DNA from: Candidatus Krumholzibacteriia bacterium
Lineage (GTDB): Bacteria; Krumholzibacteriota; Krumholzibacteriia; LZORAL124-64-63
Length of the DNA: 64,000 nt
Assembly (NCBI GenBank): GCA_046484865.1
Contig: JAWOID010000029.1
Coordinates: 1 to 64,000, forward strand
Direction: 5' to 3'
Shown here: positions 28,502-38,397 of the stretch, in pieces
How the letters are laid out: the number at the start of each line of letters is the position of its first letter
Numbering within the stretch: the first letter of the stretch is position 1
Notes under the pieces: generated by a model
The model's input: only the letters and a program-made list of their open reading frames with translations
Told to the model about the DNA's origin: nothing
Database searches by the model: none
Position numbers and translations under genes: made by a program

Positions 28502-29758
28502 TTGGATCGCTTCGTGATCGAGGGACCCACCCGCCTGGAGGGCGAGGTGGCGGTGGCCGGCGCCAAGAACGCCGTCCTGCCGTTGATGGCGGCATCGCTG
28601 CTGGCGCGCGGCGAGTCGGTGATCGAGAACGTCCCCGACCTCCAGGACGTGCGCTTCTTCCTGCAACTCCTGCAGCGGCTCGGCGTCCGGGGCGCCCTCG
28701 AGGACCACGTCCTGCGACTGGACACGAGCGCGGTCGAGTCCCACGAGGCGCCCTACGACGTGGTGCGCAAGATGCGCGCGAGCATCTACGTGCTGGGACC
28801 GCTGCTCGCGAGGCGCGGCCGCGCGCGGGTGTCGCTGCCGGGCGGTTGCGCGTGGGGGCCGCGGCCGGTGGATCTGCACCTGGGCGGGTTGCGGGCCCTC
28901 GGGGCCGAGTTGCGCCTCGACGAGGGCTACATCGACGCATTCGTGGATGGCGGCCTGCGGGGCGGGCGGTTCCGGTTCGAGCCCAGCTCGGTGGGCGCCA
29001 CCGCGAACGTCCTCATGGCGGCCGTGCTGGCGGACGGCGAAACGGTGCTGGAGAATGCGGCGCTCGAACCGGAGGTCAGCCACCTGGCGCTGGCGCTCGT
29101 CGAGTCCGGCGCCCGCATCGAGGGCATCGGCACCCCGCGCCTGGCGATCCGGGGCGTGGCCGCACTCGCGCCGCTGCGCACGCGGGTGATCGCCGACCGG
29201 ATCGAGGCGGGCACCTTCCTGGCCGCCGTGGCGGTTGCCGGCGGTCGGGTGCGGCTCACCGGGTGCGATCCCGAGCACCTGGGCAGCGTGCTCGCGGTGC
29301 TGGAGCAGGCGGGCTGCCGGCTGGGCGTGGAGGGTCGCGACCTCCTGGTGGAGGCGGAGGGGCGGCCGCGGCCGCTGGATCTGGTCACCCGGCCCTATCC
29401 CGGCCTGCCCACGGACATGCAGGCGCAGCTCATGGCCGCCTGCGCGCTCGCCGACGGCGACAGCCGCATCACCGAGACCATCTACCTGGACCGGTTCACC
29501 CACGTGGCGGAACTGGTGCGGCTGGGCGCACGCATCCGCGTCGATGGCGCCACCGCCGTCGTGGAGGGCATGCCGCGGCTGCAAGGGGCGCCCGTGATGG
29601 CCACCGACCTGCGCGCGAGCGCCGCCCTCGTGCTCGCCGGCGTGGCCGCTCACGGCACCACGCGGGTCAACCGGGTGTATCACATCGATCGCGGCTACGA
29701 GCGGATCGAGGAGAAGCTGGGCCGGCTCGGCGCGCGCATCCGCCGAGAGCGCGACTGA
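28502..29758 (+). CDS. murA: UDP-N-acetylglucosamine 1-carboxyvinyltransferase
   Basis: GAKNAVLP, MRAS, LPGGCAWGPRPVDLH (catalytic Cys), DRIEAGT and DLRASA. Confidence 0.97.
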   Translation: MDRFVIEGPTRLEGEVAVAGAKNAVLPLMAASLLARGESVIENVPDLQDVRFFLQLLQRLGVRGALEDHVLRLDTSAVESHEAPYDVVRKMRASIYVLGPLLARRGRARVSLPGGCAWGPRPVDLHLGGLRALGAELRLDEGYIDAFVDGGLRGGRFRFEPSSVGATANVLMAAVLADGETVLENAALEPEVSHLALALVESGARIEGIGTPRLAIRGVAALAPLRTRVIADRIEAGTFLAAVAVAGGRVRLTGCDPEHLGSVLAVLEQAGCRLGVEGRDLLVEAEGRPRPLDLVTRPYPGLPTDMQAQLMAACALADGDSRITETIYLDRFTHVAELVRLGARIRVDGATAVVEGMPRLQGAPVMATDLRASAALVLAGVAAHGTTRVNRVYHIDRGYERIEEKLGRLGARIRRERD

Positions 29759-29784
29759 ACCGGTCCCCGCGGCGGGAGTGCGAC

Positions 29785-31752
29785 GTGGAGCAGACCCACT
29801 ACATCCTGGGCGTGGCCGGCCACGTGGATCACGGCAAGACGGCCCTCATCCGGGCCCTGACCGGCGTGAACACCGACCGCCTCAAGGAGGAGCAGGAGCG
29901 CGGCATCAGCATCGAGCTGGGGTTCGCCGAGCTACCGCTGGCTGGCGGCTTGAGCCTGGGCGTGGTGGACATGCCCGGCCACGAGCGCTTCGTGCGGCAG
30001 ATGGTGGCCGGTGCCGGCGGCGTGGACCTCGCCCTGCTGGTGGTGGCCGCCGACGAGGGCGTCATGCCGCAGACGGTGGAACATCTGGAGATCCTCGACT
30101 CGCTGGACGTGCGCGGCGGCGTGGTGGTGCTGAGCAAGCTGGACCAGGTGGACGACGAGCTGGTCGAGGTCGCGCGCGAGGAGCTGCTGGAACTCCTGGA
30201 GGGAACGTTCCTGGAGGGACGACCGGTCGTCGGCACGTCCGTGCCCGCAGGGCGTGGTCTCGACGAGCTGCGCGCGGCCCTGACCGCCGAGGCGCACCGG
30301 CTGACGCCCCGCCCGGAGGCTCCCTTCCGTCTGCCCGTGGACCGCGTCTTCACCATGCCCGGCGCCGGAGCCGTCGTGACGGGCACGTGCTGGAGCGGCC
30401 GGGCCCGCCCGGGCGACCATCTGGTGGTGGAGCCGGGCGGCCGCAAGGTGAGGGTGCGGGAGACCCAGGTGCACGGCCGGCGTGCCGCCGAGGTGCGTGC
30501 CGGCCAGCGCGTCGCCCTGGCCCTGCACGGGTTGAAGAAGGAGGACCTCGCTCGCGGCGACCAGGTGCTGGCGCCCGGCGCGGCCACGGTGACCCGCCGC
30601 GTGGACCTGCGCGTGAACCTCTTTCCGCGCTACGGCGGTTCGCTCCGCAACCGGCAGCGCCTGCACGTGCATCACGCGGGACGTGAGGCTCTGGCGCGCA
30701 TCGTCCTGCTGGATGCCGAGGAACTGGGGGGCGACGGCCGCCCGCGCACCGGGCTCTGCCAGCTCCACCTCGAGGAGGCGCTCGTCGCCAGACCGGGCGA
30801 CCGTCTGGTGCTGCGCTTCTATTCGCCCGTCACCTCGATTGCCGGGGGTGTGGTCCTGGACGTGGATCCGGGTCGTCATCGCCGCTTCGCGGACGACGTG
30901 CTCACCGCCCTCGAGGTGCGCGAGCAGGGCGATCCGGCCGATCTCCTGCGGCAGGAACTGCTCGCCGCAGGCCTGGCGGGAGTCGAGCGCAACGCTGCCG
31001 CGGCGGGTGCCGAGCTGCCGGAGGCGGTGGCGGTCGGGCCGCGCCTCTACCACGCGGCGGTGCTGGAGCGGGAGGCTGATGCGGTGGCCGGCCTGGTCCG
31101 CGACCATGCGCAGCGCTACCCGCTGCGGCTTGGCATATCCAAGGAAGAGGTGCGGCGCCGCCGGCGCTTCCCGGGCTCGGCCGCCGACTGGAACGCTCTC
31201 TGCCAGGTCCTGGCGCCGCTCGGCGGCTGGGTGGTGGCCGGTGACCGCCTGGCGCTGGGTCCCGAGGGGCCGCCGCTGCCACCGGAGTTGCAGGACGCCG
31301 TGGACCGGCGCGAGCGCGCGCTGCGCGGGATCGGGCTGAACTGGCCGGGGGGAAAGGCCTTCGCCGCCTCCCAGCCGCCGCTGCCGGCCGGCGGCGATCG
31401 CGAATTGCGGGAGGACGACGTGCTGCGTCACCTGGTCGATCACGGACGTGCCGTCCAGGTGGCGCCCGACTACCATGTGCATCCCGACGCGCTCGCCGAT
31501 CTCACCGAGCGCTTGCGAGCTCACTTCGCCAGCCAGGACGGTCAGGCCTCTCTCGAGTTCGGGAGCTTCCGCGAGCTCAGCGGCCTCAGCCGGAAACTGG
31601 GCATTCCCATGCTGGAGTATCTGGACGGGGTCGGCATCACGCGGCGGGAGGGCGATCTGCGCCGGCCGGGGCCGAGGCTCGCCGGCGTTTCCGCGGACGC
31701 ACCGGCGACCGGGGCCAGGGGCGAAGCGGACCAGGAGACGGAGACATCATGA
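29785..31752 (+). CDS. selB: Selenocysteine-specific elongation factor
   Basis: GVAGHVDHGKT, EEQERGISIELGF, DMPGHERF, VMPQT.EH and C-terminal winged helix SRKLGIPMLEYLD...TRREGD.R. GTG start 29785. Confidence 0.93.
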   Translation: MEQTHYILGVAGHVDHGKTALIRALTGVNTDRLKEEQERGISIELGFAELPLAGGLSLGVVDMPGHERFVRQMVAGAGGVDLALLVVAADEGVMPQTVEHLEILDSLDVRGGVVVLSKLDQVDDELVEVAREELLELLEGTFLEGRPVVGTSVPAGRGLDELRAALTAEAHRLTPRPEAPFRLPVDRVFTMPGAGAVVTGTCWSGRARPGDHLVVEPGGRKVRVRETQVHGRRAAEVRAGQRVALALHGLKKEDLARGDQVLAPGAATVTRRVDLRVNLFPRYGGSLRNRQRLHVHHAGREALARIVLLDAEELGGDGRPRTGLCQLHLEEALVARPGDRLVLRFYSPVTSIAGGVVLDVDPGRHRRFADDVLTALEVREQGDPADLLRQELLAAGLAGVERNAAAAGAELPEAVAVGPRLYHAAVLEREADAVAGLVRDHAQRYPLRLGISKEEVRRRRRFPGSAADWNALCQVLAPLGGWVVAGDRLALGPEGPPLPPELQDAVDRRERALRGIGLNWPGGKAFAASQPPLPAGGDRELREDDVLRHLVDHGRAVQVAPDYHVHPDALADLTERLRAHFASQDGQASLEFGSFRELSGLSRKLGIPMLEYLDGVGITRREGDLRRPGPRLAGVSADAPATGARGEADQETETS

Positions 31753-32885
31753 GCGAGATCACCCGCCATCCCGCCTCCGGCGACGGCGAACGCGAGGGAC
31801 AGAACACCGGCACCCGCGGCCGGCCCACCTGTGCCGCCCGGCACCTCACCCGTCAGGTGACGGTGGGCGGCGTGAGCCTGGGCGGCGACGCCCCCGTGCG
31901 CGTGCAGTCGATGACCTGCACCCGCACCGGCGATGCCGAGGCGACGCTGCAGCAGATCCGCGAGCTGGCCACCGCCGGCGCCGAGTTCGTGCGGGTGACC
32001 GTGAACGACGATGACGCGGCCGCGGTCCTTCCGCGCATCGTGCGCGAGAGCAACGTCCCGCTGGTGGCCGACATCCACTTCGATCACCGGCTGGCCCTCG
32101 CGGCGGTGGCCGCCGGCGTCGCCAAGCTGCGGATCAACCCCGGCAACATCGGGTCTCCCGACAAGGTGCGGGAGGTGGCGCGGGCCGCCCGGGACCGGGG
32201 CGTGCCCATCCGCGTGGGGGTGAACCGCGGCAGTCTCCACCGGCGCTACCGCGAGCAGCGACTGGTGGATCCCGCCGGCGCCCTGGTGCAGAGCGCCCTG
32301 GACGAGCTGGAGGTGCTGGCGTCGGTCGACTTCCACGACGTGGTGGTGAGTCTCAAGAGCAGCGAGCCTCAGGAGGTGGTGCAGGCTTGCCGGCGCTTCG
32401 CCGAGGTGAGCGACGTGCCGCAGCATCTCGGCGTCACCGAGGCCGGCACCCTGCAGGCGGGCATCGCGCGCTCGGTGGCCGCCATGTCGGTGCTGCTGGG
32501 CGAGGGGATCGGCGACACGGTCCGCATCAGCCTGGCGGCCGATCCGGTGGAGGAGGTCCGCGCAGCGTTCAACATGCTCCAGGCACTCGGTCTGCGCGAG
32601 GGCTTCGCGCGGGTCGTGGCATGTCCGACGTGCGGCCGCGTGGAGGTCGACGTGATGAAGCTGGCCGCTCGCGTCGAGGAGCTGGCTCGCGACCTGCCGC
32701 CGGACCGCGTGATCTCGGTGATGGGCTGCATCGTCAACGGCCCGGGGGAGGCCAAGAGCGCCGATCTCGGCATTGCCGCCGGCAGGACCAAGGTGGCGAT
32801 CTATCGCCGTGGCGAGCTGCATCGGAACGTCGAGAAGGCCGAGCTGGAGCGGGTGCTGATGGAGGAGATCGAGCGCCTGCGCTGA
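31749..32885 (+). CDS. ispG: HMBPP synthase
   Basis: VQSMT, ADIHF, RINPGN, HLGVTEAG, GIGDTVRISL, CPTCGR and GCIVNGPGE. Confidence 0.97.
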   Translation: MSEITRHPASGDGEREGQNTGTRGRPTCAARHLTRQVTVGGVSLGGDAPVRVQSMTCTRTGDAEATLQQIRELATAGAEFVRVTVNDDDAAAVLPRIVRESNVPLVADIHFDHRLALAAVAAGVAKLRINPGNIGSPDKVREVARAARDRGVPIRVGVNRGSLHRRYREQRLVDPAGALVQSALDELEVLASVDFHDVVVSLKSSEPQEVVQACRRFAEVSDVPQHLGVTEAGTLQAGIARSVAAMSVLLGEGIGDTVRISLAADPVEEVRAAFNMLQALGLREGFARVVACPTCGRVEVDVMKLAARVEELARDLPPDRVISVMGCIVNGPGEAKSADLGIAAGRTKVAIYRRGELHRNVEKAELERVLMEEIERLR

Positions 32886-32899
32886 GCAGGCGGGCGCGC

Positions 32900-34117
32900 T
32901 CACTCGGGGTAGGCGCTACGGATGGCCAGCAACTCGTCCGGCCGGGCCAGCAGGATCTCGGTCAGCTCGGGGTCGAACTGGGTGCCCGCCTTGGCCCGGA
33001 TGGCGGCGAGAGCCGCGCGGTGCTCCCAGGGATCCTTGTACACGCGGCGGCTGGTGAGCGCGTCGTAGACGTCGGCCAGCGCGACGATGCGCGCCGCGAG
33101 GGGGATCTCGTCGCCGCGCCGGCCCTGCGGATAGCCGGAGCCGTCCCACCATTCGTGATGCGAGAGCGATACCTCGGCACCCATCTGGATCATCGCATAG
33201 GCGCCGTGCTGGGCCATGAGATGCGAGAGCAGTTCGTGACCGAGCGTCGTGTGAGAACGCATCACCGCGAACTCGGCCTGGCTGAGCGGACCGGGCTTGA
33301 GCAGGATCAGATCGGGGATGGCGACCTTGCCGATGTCGTGCAGGGCCGCGGCCCGGGCGATGGTCTCCACGTAATCCACGGTGACCTCGCCCTGGAACCG
33401 GGGCAGACCCAGGAGCTGGCCCGCGAGCATCCGCGAGGAGGCGCAGATGCGGTCGAGATGGCCGCCGATGTTGTGGTCGCGCGACTCGGCCAGCAGCGCC
33501 ATGCCGCGGATCACCGCGTCGCGGCTCTCCCGCAGCTCGCCCAGCAGCCGCACGTTCTCCAGGGAGTAGGCCATCTGGTCCACCAGCATGGAACAGAGAT
33601 CCACGTCCTCCGACGTGAAGGCGTGCGGGCGTCGGCTGCCGAAATCCAGCACGCCGACGGGTCCCTGGTTCGCGATGATCGGGAGGACCAGGCAGGAGAG
33701 CATCTCGTCGTCGAGCGGGGCGGCGCCCGGGGCCTCCGCGCGGTCGGGCACGTGGATGAGATACTCCTCCTGGAAGGCCTGGCAGTGCATGCGGGAGGAG
33801 TCGTCCAGGGGGATCTCGTGGTCGCGCACGTCGAGGTCGTAGCCCACCGTCGCCTTCAGCACCAGCGCGCCGGCCTGCGGGTCGTGCAGGAACAGCGCAC
33901 AGGCGTCGCAGCCGATGACCCGCTCGATCCCCTGCACGATCTCCTGGTAGCTCGCCAGGTCGGCGTTCATGCAGATGAGTCGGGTGTTCAGCGCCCGCAG
34001 GGCGCGCAGGCGGGCGGAGAAGCCGGTATTCGGCCCGGTCGCCCCGTCGGCGTCCCCGGGGGCGGGGGAGAGGGTCGCCGTCGCTGCGGCTCCGCTCCGG
34101 TACGAGACCTCGGACAT
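32900..34117 (-). CDS. GAF + HD-GYP cyclic dinucleotide phosphodiesterase
   Basis: GAF-like N-terminus; LHDIGK, HHEWWDGSGYP, ADVYDALTS.RVYK and GTQFDP. Confidence 0.9.
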   Translation of the reverse strand: MSEVSYRSGAAATATLSPAPGDADGATGPNTGFSARLRALRALNTRLICMNADLASYQEIVQGIERVIGCDACALFLHDPQAGALVLKATVGYDLDVRDHEIPLDDSSRMHCQAFQEEYLIHVPDRAEAPGAAPLDDEMLSCLVLPIIANQGPVGVLDFGSRRPHAFTSEDVDLCSMLVDQMAYSLENVRLLGELRESRDAVIRGMALLAESRDHNIGGHLDRICASSRMLAGQLLGLPRFQGEVTVDYVETIARAAALHDIGKVAIPDLILLKPGPLSQAEFAVMRSHTTLGHELLSHLMAQHGAYAMIQMGAEVSLSHHEWWDGSGYPQGRRGDEIPLAARIVALADVYDALTSRRVYKDPWEHRAALAAIRAKAGTQFDPELTEILLARPDELLAIRSAYPE

Positions 34118-34259
34118 GCTCGACTCCTCCGCAGGCAGCGCCGCCGGGAACATGGCCGCGGAACATGGGGGACTTCCGGTGTGACATCGGCCGCAGCGGC
34201 CCGCACTGAAGCACGGGATGGCGCGCATCGCCCGGCCCGAGGGCTCTCGGACACGGAGC

Positions 34260-35777
34260 TCAGTCGCCCGTGGAGCGACCCATGGGCTCGGCCTCGGTGG
34301 GAATACGCGGTTCCACGAACAGGGACTCGTGGCGCAGGCAGACCGCCGTGCCCGGCGGCGATTTCCGGGGCCGGCGCACGTAGCGGCGCTCGGCCACGAT
34401 GACGGGGACGATCCCCGAGTTCCGGGCCCGGCTGTGGTGGGCGGCGATCGCCGCGGTCAGTTCCTTGATCCGCTGCGGCACGTTCTCGGGGCGGTCGCCG
34501 GTGCGCAGGATGACGTGGCTGCCCGTGGTCCCCTGCGCATGGAACCAGAGATCCCTCAGTCCCGAGTGGCGGTGCGTCAACTCGTCGTTCTCGGTGCTGC
34601 CGCGGCCCACCCACACTTCCCAGCGTCCGTCCAGCAGATAGCGGCGGAACGGCACGGCGGCCGCTTCGGCGGCGGCGGTCTGCGTCGCGCGCGGCGCGGC
34701 CACCAGCTCGGCGTTGGCCTCCTCCCAGCCGGTCAGGGCCTCGAGCCGCGGCAGCGCGAGCGTGTCGCCCCCGGCGGTCGCCCGGGCCGGCGGCAAGGCC
34801 ACAGCCTCGGCGAGCATCCGATCCGCCTCCAGCAGCTCGGCGAGCCGGAAGCCGGCGTCGCGCCGTCGTGCGGAGATCACCTCGCGGCCGCGCTGCGCGC
34901 GCCGCGCCTGCTTGAAGAGACGGTCGAGATTGGCGGCGGCATCCCGGGCAGGGTCCAGCGCGATCACGCGCGGCGAGCCGTCGCGGACGTCGGCCACCTC
35001 GATCCGCTCCAGCCCGGAGCGCCACAGATGCAGGTGTGCGGCGAGGTTCTCGGCGTCGCGTCGCAACTCGTCGCCGGAGTCGGCGACCGCCAGATCGGCG
35101 TCCAGGTTCGCCAGCAGGCGTTGCTGCTGGCGCCTGGCCTGACGCATCCGGGCCGCCAGGGCAGCGGCCAGTTCCTCCTCGCGCCGCCGCGCCAGGAGTT
35201 CGAGTCCTCGGCTGCGGAAGCGCCGGGCCACGCGGCCGCCGCCCCGGTGTCCCTCGCTCTCGGCGAGCGCGGAAGTCCACACCGACTCGTCGGGCCAGGC
35301 CGCGAGCGCGGGGTGGGGCGGCCGGTGCAGACACCAGAGCAGTCTCGCCTGGGGGTCCACCAGCGCGAGATTCCCGCGGGAGCCGAAGAGCTGGATCAGG
35401 AGCGCGACCGGGGTCCCGGCGCGAGTGGTCAGGTGCAGCGCCGCCACGTGGTCGTCCGGCAGCAGGCCCGCCCCGGTGAATGTGGCGCCCTCCAGGTGGC
35501 CGCCGAGGGCCGGTCCGCTGCCCGGCGGCAGGGCGCGCTGGAGGGAGCGGGGCAGCGGCGCGGTCAGATCGCAGAGGAGAGCGGCGCCCGGTCGCGCGCA
35601 GAGGAAGAAGGCAGCGCGGTCATCGCCGGCCAGGCGCAGTTCCACCCAGCCGTCGCCGGCGAGCGTCCGGAAAAGCGGCCGCCCGGCGTGGCGGCGCCAG
35701 CCGCGCAGCAGCGCGGCCAGGCGTTCGCGATCGCGCCAGGGACGCTCGCTGCCGATGGACTCGCCAGGTTCCTTCAC
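34260..35777 (-). CDS. rqcH: RqcH/NFACT family protein
   Basis: LFGSRGNL.L, coiled coil, I.LDP...A..N...F, and NFACT-R motifs VGR..TEND.LT...DLWFHAQG..GSHV. Confidence 0.8.
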   Translation of the reverse strand: MKEPGESIGSERPWRDRERLAALLRGWRRHAGRPLFRTLAGDGWVELRLAGDDRAAFFLCARPGAALLCDLTAPLPRSLQRALPPGSGPALGGHLEGATFTGAGLLPDDHVAALHLTTRAGTPVALLIQLFGSRGNLALVDPQARLLWCLHRPPHPALAAWPDESVWTSALAESEGHRGGGRVARRFRSRGLELLARRREEELAAALAARMRQARRQQQRLLANLDADLAVADSGDELRRDAENLAAHLHLWRSGLERIEVADVRDGSPRVIALDPARDAAANLDRLFKQARRAQRGREVISARRRDAGFRLAELLEADRMLAEAVALPPARATAGGDTLALPRLEALTGWEEANAELVAAPRATQTAAAEAAAVPFRRYLLDGRWEVWVGRGSTENDELTHRHSGLRDLWFHAQGTTGSHVILRTGDRPENVPQRIKELTAAIAAHHSRARNSGIVPVIVAERRYVRRPRKSPPGTAVCLRHESLFVEPRIPTEAEPMGRSTGD

Positions 35778-35803
35778 GTGTGGGCCGTTCCGGCCGCCCT
35801 CGG

Positions 35804-36277
35804 CTAGAAGAAGGTCACGCCCGCGGTGAGCTTCAGGTCGGGCGTGTCTTCGAGCCCGATCCGGATCTCACCGAAGACGCGCGTGCCCGGGCTCACGTGG
35901 TAGCCGGCGCCGCCGGCGAGGTCGAGCCCGAAGTTCCAGTCATCGAATCCGCCGCGCTCGAAATAGCTGAGCACGATGCCGCCGCCGGCGTAGAACGTCC
36001 ACTGCGAGGTGGCGAACTCGGTGAAGTCGTAGAAGAGATCGCCGTTGAACGCCAGCAGGGTGGCGTCGTCGCCGAAGCCCAGCTCCACGCTCGGCTGCAG
36101 GAAGACGTTGCGGGTGAACTCGGCCACGCGGGCGTGTCCGCCGACATGGAACTGATCGAGACCATCATCGTGGGTGTAGCCGAGCCGGGCTCCCAGCGGG
36201 ATCGCGGGCGCGGCGGCCGCCTGCCCGGCGATGATGACGGCGCTGGCGAGCAGGATGGAGACCAGGCATTTCCTCAT
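35804..36277 (-). CDS. Small outer-membrane beta-barrel protein
   Basis: Signal peptide, alternating beta strands (FYAGGG, GLDLAGGAGY) and a C-terminal beta-signal ending GVTFF. Confidence 0.75.
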   Translation of the reverse strand: MRKCLVSILLASAVIIAGQAAAAPAIPLGARLGYTHDDGLDQFHVGGHARVAEFTRNVFLQPSVELGFGDDATLLAFNGDLFYDFTEFATSQWTFYAGGGIVLSYFERGGFDDWNFGLDLAGGAGYHVSPGTRVFGEIRIGLEDTPDLKLTAGVTFF

Positions 36278-36468
36278 GACAGCTCCCGGGGTTGCGTCGG
36301 GGTTCTCGGAACGCTTCTATTCGATGGCTTTGTAACGGTTCCGGCGAACGGCCGCAAGGGTGATTCGGGCGCCGTTCACGACGGTCGCGTCCTTGCTCCG
36401 GGCGGATCCCTCTTCTAGACTGGCACAGCGGGCGGCGCCACACCACCATCTCCCCGGGAGGAGAGCCC

Positions 36469-37350
36469 ATGTTGAGCATGACCGGCTACGGCAGCGGCGA
36501 GGCGGAGGCCGGCGGGCTGGCGGTGACCTGCGAGATCCGCTCGGTGAACCATCGCTTCCTCGACGTGGCGCTGCGCCTGCCGGGAGCTTTGGCGTTCCTC
36601 GAGAACGATATCCGGGCCGTGCTCAAGGAGCGCGTGGCCCGCGGGCGCCTCTCCGTCAGCTATCAGCTCGGCCCCCGATCCGGCGGGCCGGCCGCAATGC
36701 TGGACCGCGAGCGCCTGGATCAGGCCATCGCCCTGCTGCGGCACGCCGGCGAGCGGTTGCAGGCGGCCACCGGCCGCGCCCAGGAACTCGGTCTGGAGCA
36801 CCTGCTCGCGGTTCCCGAGCTCTTCGAGGGAGGCGAGGCGGCCACCGCGCCCGAGGAGCTGCGCGGCGCGGGCCTGGCGGCTCTGGCACAGGCGGTGGAC
36901 GGCCTGGTCGCCATGAAGGTGCGTGAGGGGCGGGAACTGGCGGCGGAGATGCGGGGGCGGCTGGACCGGCTGCGCCAGCTGCTGGACGTCGTGACGCAGC
37001 AGGCGCCGCGCGCCGCCGGCGAGGCGCTGGAGCGGCTGCGGGCGCGTCTCGCCCAGCTGGTCGCCGAGGAGATCGACCCCCAGCGGCTGGCCCAGGAGGC
37101 CGCCATGCTGGCGGACCGCGCGAACATCAACGAGGAATGCGAGCGCCTGGGCATCCACATCGAGAGCTTCCGCGGCGCCCTGGACGAGGGCGGTCAGGTG
37201 GCCAAGCGGCTGAACTTCCTGCTGCAGGAGATGCACCGCGAGGTCAACACCATGGGCTCGAAGACCAACCTCATGGAGATCACCCAGCATGTGATCGCCA
37301 TGAAGGAAGAGGTGGAGTCCATGCGCGAACAGGTCCAGAACCTGGAATGA
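36469..37350 (+). CDS. yicC: YicC/YloC family endoribonuclease
   Basis: MLSMTGYG, EIRSVNHRFLD and KRLNFLLQEMHREVNTMGSK...REQVQNLE. Confidence 0.95.
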   Translation: MLSMTGYGSGEAEAGGLAVTCEIRSVNHRFLDVALRLPGALAFLENDIRAVLKERVARGRLSVSYQLGPRSGGPAAMLDRERLDQAIALLRHAGERLQAATGRAQELGLEHLLAVPELFEGGEAATAPEELRGAGLAALAQAVDGLVAMKVREGRELAAEMRGRLDRLRQLLDVVTQQAPRAAGEALERLRARLAQLVAEEIDPQRLAQEAAMLADRANINEECERLGIHIESFRGALDEGGQVAKRLNFLLQEMHREVNTMGSKTNLMEITQHVIAMKEEVESMREQVQNLE

Positions 37351-37985
37351 GGGAGAGACGCTTGCTGGTCCTGATCTCCGGCCCCTCCGGCGCCGGCAAG
37401 TCGACCTTCGTGGAACGCCTGCTCGCCAGCGACCGGCGGCTGGCGTTCTCGGTGTCGGTGACCACGCGTCCGCCCCGTCCCGGCGAGGTCGATGGCGAGG
37501 ACTACCACTTCGTGGAGGAGACCGGGTTCCAGCGCCTGGTGGCGGCGAATGCCTTCGTGGAGTGGGCGCGGGTGCACGGCCACAGCTATGGCACGCGGAC
37601 GGCCGATCTGCGCGCCCTGCAGGAGGCCGGCCGGGTGCCGCTGCTCGACCTGGACGTGCAGGGCGGCTGCTCGGTGATCGACCGCTTCGGTCCGGAACTG
37701 GTGTCGGTGTTCCTGTTCCCGCCGTCCTGGCCGGAACTGGAGCGGAGATTGCGGTCCCGCGGCACCGACAGCGAGGAGGTCATCCGCACCCGGCTGGATA
37801 ACGCGCGCTGGGAGGTCGGTTTCGCCGATCGCTACGGCTACTGGCTGGTGAACGACGACCTGGACGCGGCGGTGGAGCGCATGCGGGCCATCATCACGGC
37901 CGAGTGCTGCCGTCGGGAACGTCAGGCGGCACCGCCCCTGAGCGCGGAGGGTCAGCGGCGCCCGGGGGCCCGCGGGAACTCCTGA
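37347..37985 (+). CDS. gmk: Guanylate kinase
   Basis: SGPSGAGKST, SVTTRPPRPGEVDGEDYHFV and DVQG; ATGA overlap with yicC. Confidence 0.96.
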   Translation: MRERRLLVLISGPSGAGKSTFVERLLASDRRLAFSVSVTTRPPRPGEVDGEDYHFVEETGFQRLVAANAFVEWARVHGHSYGTRTADLRALQEAGRVPLLDLDVQGGCSVIDRFGPELVSVFLFPPSWPELERRLRSRGTDSEEVIRTRLDNARWEVGFADRYGYWLVNDDLDAAVERMRAIITAECCRRERQAAPPLSAEGQRRPGARGNS

Positions 37986-38105
37986 TCCGCTTCGGGGTTT
38001 GCCTTCTGGCGATTCTGGTATATCGTTGAGCGGTTGCTCGCTATCTCTCCGGGCAACCAAACGGACTCCCGCACACCGCACCGCGTTCCCAGAGGTGGAT
38101 TCCCG

Positions 38106-38396
38106 ATGACCTACATTCCGCGGCACAGGGTCACCGATCTGATCCCCAACAAGTTCGAGGCGATCAAGGTGGCTGCGCTCGAGGCGCGCCGGCTCAACGA
38201 ACGAGCCCGCATGCTGGGCGTGAGCCTGCCGGGCAAGATCACCAGTCTGGCCGTCCGCCGCCTGCTCGACGGCCGGGTGCAGTACTTCGACGAGCGCGAG
38301 CGCCAGCGGGCTCTGCGGGCCCAGCGCGAGGCCGAGCAGGCCCAGGGCGAGTCGGCCGAGGAACTGGAGGCGGAGGAGCAGACCGAGGAGGCCTGA
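38106..38396 (+). CDS. rpoZ: RNA polymerase omega subunit
   Basis: NKFEAIKVAALEARRLN motif; position between gmk and coaBC. Confidence 0.8.
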   Translation: MTYIPRHRVTDLIPNKFEAIKVAALEARRLNERARMLGVSLPGKITSLAVRRLLDGRVQYFDERERQRALRAQREAEQAQGESAEELEAEEQTEEA

Positions 38397-38397
38397 G

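Noticed and set aside
28420..31752. Apparent 1110-aa SelB with a long N-terminal extension
   Set aside because: The extension overlaps murA in another frame and is low-complexity. The G-domain begins at GTG 29785.
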